A DNA stretch of 64,000 nt. It comes from Octopus sinensis. Taxonomy: Eukaryota. Made by a program: the position numbers and the translations under genes. This document shows positions 55,937-64,000 of this stretch, piece by piece. Every line of letters starts with the position of its first letter. Positions within the stretch are counted from its first letter, which is position 1. The stretch is taken from the NCBI RefSeq assembly GCF_006345805.1, contig NC_043002.1, forward strand, positions 98,394,001 through 98,458,000. Reading direction: 5' to 3'. A model generated the notes under the pieces. It had not been told where the DNA came from and did no database searches. It saw nothing but the letters and a program-made list of their open reading frames with translations.

Positions 55937-56007
55937 TAGGAGAGCACAGTTTCAAGCATAGACCTCTGGGTTATGAGTCCAGCATTCTTCCACTGTGCCA
56001 CTTATAC
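55937..56007 (-). pseudogene. Degenerate initiator tRNA-Met (CAT) copy
   Basis: Minus strand AGTGGCACAGTGGAAGAATGCTGGACTCATAACCCAGAGGTCTATGCTTGAAACTGTGCTCTCCTA aligns with metazoan tRNA-iMet as I recall it (AGTGGCGCAGCGGAAGCGTGCTGGGCCCATAACCCAGAGGTCGATGGATCGAAACCATCCTCTGCTA). Acceptor and T stems are broken. Confidence 0.75.
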
Positions 56008-56364
56008 AAATAGTTTCATTACAGATACATCACATTTTTTTTAAACATGACATTGAAAAAGGAAGATGTGTGGGACTCATGACATTTTTCAGGACTTCAA
56101 ATACAGTTGGGAGAAAAGAAGAGAGTTATCCTCAAACTGGAAACTTGGCTTGAATGATAACAACAGTTTCAACTCCACTAAAGGTACCCAAAAGCTGGGT
56201 AGGGATATTAAATTGTGTCAACTATGCAATGATTCTTTGTTCAAATCATGTGTTTGACTGCATCTTCCATCTGTCTGTAGATCAGTAAAATATGCATCAG
56301 TAATAAACTGGTTGTATTTGTCAAATATACTTGTCCCTGTTCTTAAAAACAATCTGAGCGTTAA

Positions 56365-56797
56365 GAGCACCATCTGAGCGTGATCGTTGCTAGAGCAGCA
56401 AACTGGCTCCCATGCCAGTGGCACGTAAAAAGCACCATTTGAGCGTGATTGTTACCAGTGTCGCCTTATTGGCACTTTGCTGGTGGCACAGGAAAAAACA
56501 TTTGAGCGAGATTGTTGCCAGTGCCGCTGGACTGGCTCCTGTGCAGGTGGCACATAAAAGACACTATTTAAGCATGGCTGTTGCCAGTACTGCCTGACTG
56601 GCCCTCATACCGGTGGCACATAAAAGCACCCACTACACTCTTGGAGTGGCTGGCATTAGGAAGGGCATCCAGCTGTAGAAACTCTGCCACATCAGATTGG
56701 AGCCTGGTGCAGCCATCTGGTTCGCCAGTCCTCAGTCAAATCGTCTAACCCATGCTAGCATGGAAAGCGGACGTTAAACGATAATGATGATGATGAT
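56365..56797 (+). mobile_element. RTE LINE 3' UTR fragment with internal tandem units
   Basis: Repeated GGTGGCAC.TAAAAAGCACC units, then the conserved end and (GAT)n. Confidence 0.8.
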
Positions 56798-58742
56798 TTC
56801 TCTATGTACTTAATTTATATTATCAGAGAATTAAAATACTATTTACTGTTGGTTATATATTTTATCTGACTTAAAACCATTGTCATCAATCTGTTGGTAT
56901 ATTGATTGCATCCAGATATAGATGCATATGGTAGAAAAGGTAGAAGTAAAATGGATAAACAAAGAAAAGTATTGATGCTTGTTTAAGTCTTACAGAAGAA
57001 ATTCCTAAAAGCAGAGACAGTTGAGAGAGAGAGAGATAGAGAGAGAGATTTTACATTTGCAGATAGACACAATTTTTAGATGATAGGTAATCAGTTGAAT
57101 CAAACCCAATATTTGTCTGGAATATGAGATGAAATGCAGAATTTGAATTGAGGAAGATGATGGATGCTGAGCAGCATTTTTGTCCAACATTTATAGTGTA
57201 TAAGGTACCCTTCTTTTATGCTGGTGCCATGGTGAAAGCCTTCCTCCATGTGCATCTTCTAAAGTGATTCATGAGTGAGCAAAAGAACTGTGGGATTGAA
57301 AAGTCACTTTAGTCCTGTCTCACTAAGGAATTAACTACATGTCTATTACTAGTGCTATGAAAAATGCTCCCAATACATACTATAAGTCAATGCAAGTGAG
57401 TAGAGAAAGTGTGGGGTTCAGAGATCCCTTTAGTTCTGTTGTCTTCTCTTTAGTACAGGTGCCATGAGAAAATGCAACCTGTGTACTTTATAAAGTGATT
57501 GGTAATAAGATGGGCATCCAGGTATAGAGACCATGGCAAAACGATCCATATGAGTTCCTATGTCTGAGAGCAGTGACTTCCAATAAGAAATAGCTTAAAC
57601 TGTGATGACCCATTTAACATGGAAAGCTGAGGTAAAATGATGATGAAGGTAATAACTCCAGAGCCCTTTTATAATAATAGTAATGACTCCAGAGCACTTT
57701 TATGATGATGATGATAATATCGAAAAGAAGATGACCCTAAATATATAAAGTAAAGATATTATGTCCAAGTTCCTTTGTGACCACTTCTTTTTGATGGCGG
57801 TGGTTCATCCCCAGAACTATTCCCAGAAACCTCTCTTGTGTATTACTAACTCCTTGTCATTCATAAATTACATTAACTGTATAAGTCTCACATTCAATTC
57901 ACAATTGTTTTACTCCATACGAGTCTCGCCAGACATTAGGTTCCTAATACTTCTCTGTGTTCAACAGTTTCATAAAAATTTTAACAGATGTTTCTTTTAC
58001 CTATAATATTGGTTCAGTTTTGTATAATTTCCGGAATCTGCACTTAGTAATACATTCATAGTTAACAGTTTTAAGAAAATAAGGTTAAAAATCTGAAGAA
58101 AATAACCTTGTCATCAATGCACAACATAACAAGCAATAAATGTATACTTTATTGGTTTAAAATAATGTACTAAAGCAAATATCACTTCCTTTGCTTCTTC
58201 ATGTGTCAGAAATTTTGGCCAATCAGAAGAAAGAAGTTAGATTTTGCTTAACATATTGTGAAGCAATGTTTACAGTAGACTTACTAAACTGTTTTCCACT
58301 GAACATTCATGCATTTATTTTTAGCTGCTTGAATTCAAACGAACCTGGATCCATATAACATTGTAAACTATAATGTGGCTTTGATAAATTTACTAACATA
58401 AATTCGTTGGCTCTGGAAAATAAATTCTTAAAGTCATGAATGAAAGATTAGGAAGTACTTTTGTAAGGTTAACAGGATGTCTGAGTCAGTAGACTTGACT
58501 CATACAAACCAAATGTGGAACAAGGTCAACAGATTGTGTCCCAAAAGAGGCCAAATATAGAGCAAGGTTAAAAGATTCCTTATGTTGTTTTATCCTTGAA
58601 TGGACCAAATATGTAACAATGTTACCAGAGTGTGTCTTTAGTCTTCTTTTAAATGAGTTGATTATGAGTCAAAGTTAACATTCATACTATGAATACTTCA
58701 ACAGATTAATAATGATATATATACAAACAAATAATGTGTGTA

Positions 58743-58773
<31 letters not shown>

Positions 58774-59244
58774 GTATATTACAAAAGATGTCTGAATCTC
58801 ATTCATGTCCAACATGGGAGTGTTATGAATTAGTATATGTATTTTTCTTTATGTAGGCCACTTTAAAAGATATGGAACAATAATTGTCCACCTATTTACC
58901 TGTAAATATTCATGCTCTGATCCATTTCCAGTTTGTACATAAAGACCATTAGGGAACAGGATATCTTTGTGCAGCTCTCTTCTAAATAGACGCATAAACA
59001 TAATAGAGTAGTACTATTGTGAGACAGACTAAGTAGAAAAAGCAATAATAGTATATTCTGCCTACATCTACATATAACAATGTGCTAGTATTTTGGTAGT
59101 TGCTGACATACAATCAGAGTACCAGGAGACTGAGACCCCATGGGAAAAATTCAGTTTTAGGTTGTATATGTGTGAGGGATTGAAATTCAAATCATGTGAT
59201 TGTGAAGTAAACTTCTTATCCATACAGGCATGGCTTCACCAAAT

Positions 59245-59264
59245 TGTATGTATGTATGTATGTA

Positions 59265-59300
<36 letters not shown>

Positions 59301-59525
59301 TTTGTTTGTTTGTTTGTTTGTTTGTTTGTGTATGTATGTGCATGTATGTGTATGTATGTGTTGTATGTATGTATGTATGTGTGTGTATGTGTGTGTATGT
59401 ATGTGTATGTGTGTATGTATGTATGTATATATGTATATGTATATATATATGTATGTATATGTATATGTGTGTATGTATATATGTGTATATATACGTGTAT
59501 ATGTATATATATATATATGTATGCA
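59245..59525. repeat. TATG/TG/TTTG compound microsatellite
   Basis: Direct reading. Confidence 0.95.
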
Positions 59526-59680
59526 CACAAGATTCTTGATGTCAAATCATATGTTGAAACATTTTTATATTGGGTATGACCATTTTCTATTTTTTTGCCA
59601 ATAAACACATGCACTATTTATTTGATCCTCACTTTAGCTTTATTATAAAAAATGACCATCCCCAAATGTAACAATATATA

Positions 59681-59869
59681 TATATTTTTATTAAAGCTGC
59701 AAAATTACCACAGAACGGTTACTTAGTTTCACATTGTCAGATGAATGGGAACGTGAAACTTTGAGTAACAGCCCTGTGATAATTATTCAGCTTTAATAAA
59801 AAAAATATTACCCTACTTTTGGTATTCAAGTGCTATTTTTTCCATCTTGTTTTGCACCTATGTGCTCAC

Positions 59870-59875
<6 letters not shown>
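59681..59875 (+). mobile_element. Short repeat with inverted 5' duplication and a degenerate hammerhead-like core
   Basis: 59681-59735 is the reverse complement of ~59750-59808. The centre reads CAGATGA-ATG-GGAA-CGT-GAAA-CTT. Flanked by (TA)n. Confidence 0.55.
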
Positions 59876-59905
<30 letters not shown>

Positions 59906-61740
59906 GTTTGACATATGGTTAATAAGTTTGCTTTCTGGCATCTGACTGTAGAATATCTGTCTTAATGTACTCTGTCCGACTTATGCAGGCACGAAAAAGT
60001 GAGCTTTAAAATTATATGCCCCCACCATGCATGTATGTATACATATAAGTAAATGTATGTACACACACATATAGATACGTGTGTGTATATATATAGTACA
60101 TATATATATGTAATATCCCATCTGTGAGGACAGTAACTCCAATCAAAATCTGATTCAGCATTGATGACCGACTGAATGTATGCTAGCATGGAAAATGCAC
60201 TTTAAATGATGATGGTGGTGGTAGTAATGTCTATAAGTTTTTTGTGTCATTACTGTTCTTTATATTCATATTGTTTAATTGAAGAAAAAAGGCATCTTGC
60301 TGAGAAAACAAGTCACCATTGAATTTCTTAAGCCTTATAATATTTTTTTTTTCACACTAAATTATATGTAATTTTGTGTATAAGTATAGTATTACTGGTA
60401 TTTATTTTTAGTCAGACATCTCTGAGAAATGTAATATTGTGCATTACCTAAGGGATGCAACATCATATCGGTGATGGTATTTGAAATAGTAATCTATATT
60501 AAAGAAATTTACTCCCACTTGACCACAATGCTTTTAGTGCTTCTTGTGATAAAGAACTCATGTTAGTAATTTTACAAACTTATGTTACAAAGAAAGCCCT
60601 ATTCTTCTTCCTCCCACATCTGAATAAGGAAAATCCCACCAGCAATTTGATAGTTATTCTAGTAAAATCATCAAGCGCACTGGGAGCCATACTGAGTTGG
60701 TAATTTCATTGCTAGAATTCAATGTATAAACAGAAAGGGTCTTTGTTCCTATAAAACAATACTATCAAATGTATTGCTTTCATTCCTCTTTTCTTCTCAT
60801 TCATTGCTGTGAACAATCAACAAAGAATATTTAGCTCCATTATATGGTGTATAGGACATATTAAAATTTTATTGGGTGTAAATAATCAAATTAGGTTTAC
60901 AATACTCATACATGAATATTTTTTCTAATGTGACCTATCCATATGTTAACTACAGTATATTATATAAAACAAATTATTTTTCCATGCTAATATGGGTTAG
61001 CCAGTGAGTTATTTGAGGTAGGATCTTATGGCTACAAGCGCTTCCTGTTGCCAACTGTAACTTGTTTTTCAAGTAAGGAATTTTTTTTAATAAAGTGTGG
61101 GTCTTTAAAGTGCAGAGCAACTGGTCATAATGTTGACAATGTCTGTCAACATCAGCACTGCTCCACTTCATACAGTAACATTCAAAATGAACATAGATGC
61201 ACATTTATGCATGCACCACACATGCACACACAGACATGCACATGTATATCTATTGTCTTTCTGTCTATATCTATATATAGATTTTCGTGTGTGTGTGTAT
61301 ATATATATGTATATATATATATGTATATGTATATGTATATATATATATAAGAGAATAAGGTGTACATATGCCGCAATAATATATATATAAGAATACAAAA
61401 TGGGACAAGAACGCAAAACATTCAAATAGATGATACAAAAAATGGATGGATCATTCGAAGCCTCTAATCTTCAGTCAAGAACCGGATCATCCTCGCAATT
61501 TCGGCTGATTAATCTTGAATATATAGGTGGATGTTAAATGATGATGATAATGAGATCTATATATATATATATATATATGAATTTAAAAAGCAAATTTAAA
61601 ATTTAATACCTCAGTGAAAACTTGTAGTTTGGTAATTTTAACTGCTATTTTAGCATGCTAGTACTGTCTGTTAGTACCCTTAATTGTTACTCGAAAAAAA
61701 ATTTTTTATTCATAATATTATCTTTTTATACCTTTTCTAG

Positions 61741-61853
61741 CGACAACAAAGGCTGGATTGACGTGGTCTGCTTGAGAGATTTCTTCTGGAATATTTTAAA
61801 TTCAGACTTTTGACTATTGTTTTTTGAAACGGTGTAAATTGATAAACGCTTTG
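61741..61853 (+). other. Candidate non-coding exon
   Basis: Acceptor TCTTTTTATACCTTTTCTAG (61740), CpG-containing unique sequence, weak donor TTG|GTAGGA. Stops in all three frames and no ATG. Confidence 0.3.
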
Positions 61854-62759
61854 GTAGGACATAGGTAGAATATAAGGAATAAAAAGTATGCATGATAATA
61901 ATTATAAGAACAATGGTGATGACAATGACAATGATGATGATGATGAAAATATCCTGAGCGAGGAATTCTTGGTGGTAGCCAGTACTGAATAAAATATTGA
62001 ATCATTCTCATTGTACAATGTCTTCATGTGCAGTATCTTCCTTAACCTTCTCACGTTCTGATTTTGATCTAAGTAAATTATATTGGCTACTCTGCAGATA
62101 ATCTTATTCTGTACCAGACGATAAGATAGCTTGGGAGATGAAATACAGCACATATTTTATGAGATTTGTCATTAACTATTTGACAGTGGGATTAATTTGC
62201 CCCATTCTTGCTTCTAACCTTTCCATTATCTCCTGAATACAAAACAAAGATGATGCATTAGTGAATGTGGCCTGCAGTAGTTGAGTCATCATTGCTAAGC
62301 TACAGTGTCCACATAAAGTAAAAACGGTGGGCAAATGTTGCGTGTTACAGACATTATCAGCGTCATGAGAATGCATATGCCTTTAGTTTATGTATGTATG
62401 TATGTATGTATATGGGTGTGCTTGTGTGGGCTTGTCTACTTGATGTACTGTCATGTACTTCAATAACATGTTAAGTATTTTGAAGTGCCTTTTAGCTACA
62501 GAAAGGGTTAATAAATTGGTTGCATAAAGTCATTGCTGCATTCAATACTAAACATGGCTAATTTTCTAATGTAATAAAAAACAAAACACAAAAAACCACA
62601 ACTCTCAAAATATTTATATATATATATACAGATGTCTTAGAATTGCTCACATACACACACACACACACTTGCATAGAACTAACTCTGTGTGTGTCTGTAT
62701 GCACACGCATATACATACATGAGCATAAACTCGCATGCATGCACAAGCACACACAGACA

Positions 62760-62836
62760 CATATATATGTATATATATGTGTGTGTGTATGTGTATATAT
62801 ATATATAAATATATGTATGTATGTGTGTGTGTTGTG

Positions 62837-62886
<50 letters not shown>

Positions 62887-63410
62887 TAATATATGTATGT
62901 GTGTGTGTATGTGTATATATATATAAATATATGTATGTGTGTGTGTATGTGTATATATATATATAATATATGTATGTGTGTGTGTATGTGTATATATATA
63001 TAAATATATGTATGTGTGTGTGTATGTGTATATATATATAAATATATGTATGTGTGTGTGTATGTGTATATATATATATAAATATATGTATGTATGTGTG
63101 TATGTGTATATATATATAAATATATGTATGTGTGTGTGTATGTGTATATATATATATAAATATATGTATGTGTGTGTGTATGTGTATATATATATATAAA
63201 TATATGTATGTGTGTGTATATGTGTATATATATATAAATATATGTATGAGTATATGTATGTGCATATATACATATATATATATATATATATGTGTGTGTC
63301 TATATATATGTATGTGTATATATACATATATATATGTGTGTGTGTATGTGTATATATACATATATATATATGTGTGTGTATATATATATACACACACACA
63401 CATATATTTA
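62760..63410. repeat. TA/TG minisatellite-like array (~34-38 bp unit TAAATATATGTATGTGTGTGTGTATGTGTATATATATA)
   Basis: Unit repeated roughly a dozen times with length variation. Confidence 0.9.
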
Positions 63411-63589
63411 TATATGCATATATGTAATATGCATGTGTTTGTATATAAAATAGCAAACTAAACTTCTAAAAGAGTAATTAAGTTCAATTTTTTTTTTACT
63501 CCACTGTTTCTTTGGAATGCCAGGAGTTGCCTAATTCTTATTTAGGCCTTTTAATTGTCCCATTTTTATCATACCTTTCTTTAAAGTTT

Positions 63590-64000
63590 CTTTCTCCAGT
63601 TCCTTCCTTTCTTTTTCTTTCTCTTTCTCTTTTTTTCTTTAATTGGCTCCTCACTTATTTTTATTTATTTATTGGCATCCTATTCTTTCTTATATTTCTA
63701 CCTCTTTGCTTTCTTTTTCTTATTATTTCTTTTTTCTTCAACATTTTCCTTGTGTTCAGTCTCCTCATCTTTATTTTCTTCATCCTCTTTTCTTGTCTTC
63801 CTTCAACTTTTTCTTAGTTTTCTTTATCTTTTCTTCCTTCATCTTTGCTTTTTTTTTTATCTTTCTTTGACTTCTGACTTCTTCATCTTCGTTTTTCTTT
63901 TTCACTGTCTTTTTATTCTCCTTCAATCTTCTTTCTCTTGAGTTTTCATTTTTATATTCTTCTTCTTCATCTGCTTTGTCTTCTTATTCTCTTCATATTC
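63590..64000. repeat. Pyrimidine-rich low-complexity tract
   Basis: TTC/TTT-rich; no long minus-strand ORF in the supplied track. Confidence 0.8.

Noticed and set aside
56365-56640. CRISPR-like spaced repeats (GGTGGCAC.TAAAAAGCACC)
   Set aside because: Internal tandem units of the RTE 3' UTR; spacers are similar to each other; eukaryotic context with no cas genes.
57755-57840. Minus-strand coding-looking stretch TREVSGNSSGDEPPPSKRSGHKGTWT*
   Set aside because: In-frame stops immediately upstream, no good acceptor, and no recognisable homology.
63590-64000. Glu/Lys-rich coding exon on the minus strand
   Set aside because: Frequent stops; simple purine-rich low complexity.

Overview
AT-rich, repeat-dense eukaryotic DNA with no convincing host protein-coding ORF; nearly all listed ORFs are microsatellite or repeat read-throughs. 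The repeat repertoire resembles an Octopus (coleoid cephalopod) genome (my inference; no search run). It includes several tRNA-derived SINE families (labelled A, B, D, E here), RTE and CR1/L2-type LINE 3' ends, two decayed Tc1 transposons, two non-autonomous Helitrons, TIR MITEs and very long TA/TATG/ATT/TCTA microsatellites. A CpG-rich promoter-like patch at ~6.46 kb and scattered strong + strand splice signals suggest the 5' end of a gene with very long introns. Most notable: (i) Penelope-type minimal hammerhead ribozyme motifs in three different short repeats. One is apparently intact (39415-39449) and the others lie in head-to-head palindromes, one of which carries a tRNA-like Pol III head and sits inside a Tc1 element. 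(ii) A decayed initiator tRNA-Met fused to a CR1/L2-type LINE tail. (iii) Candidate recursive splice sites and a 12-nt microexon.
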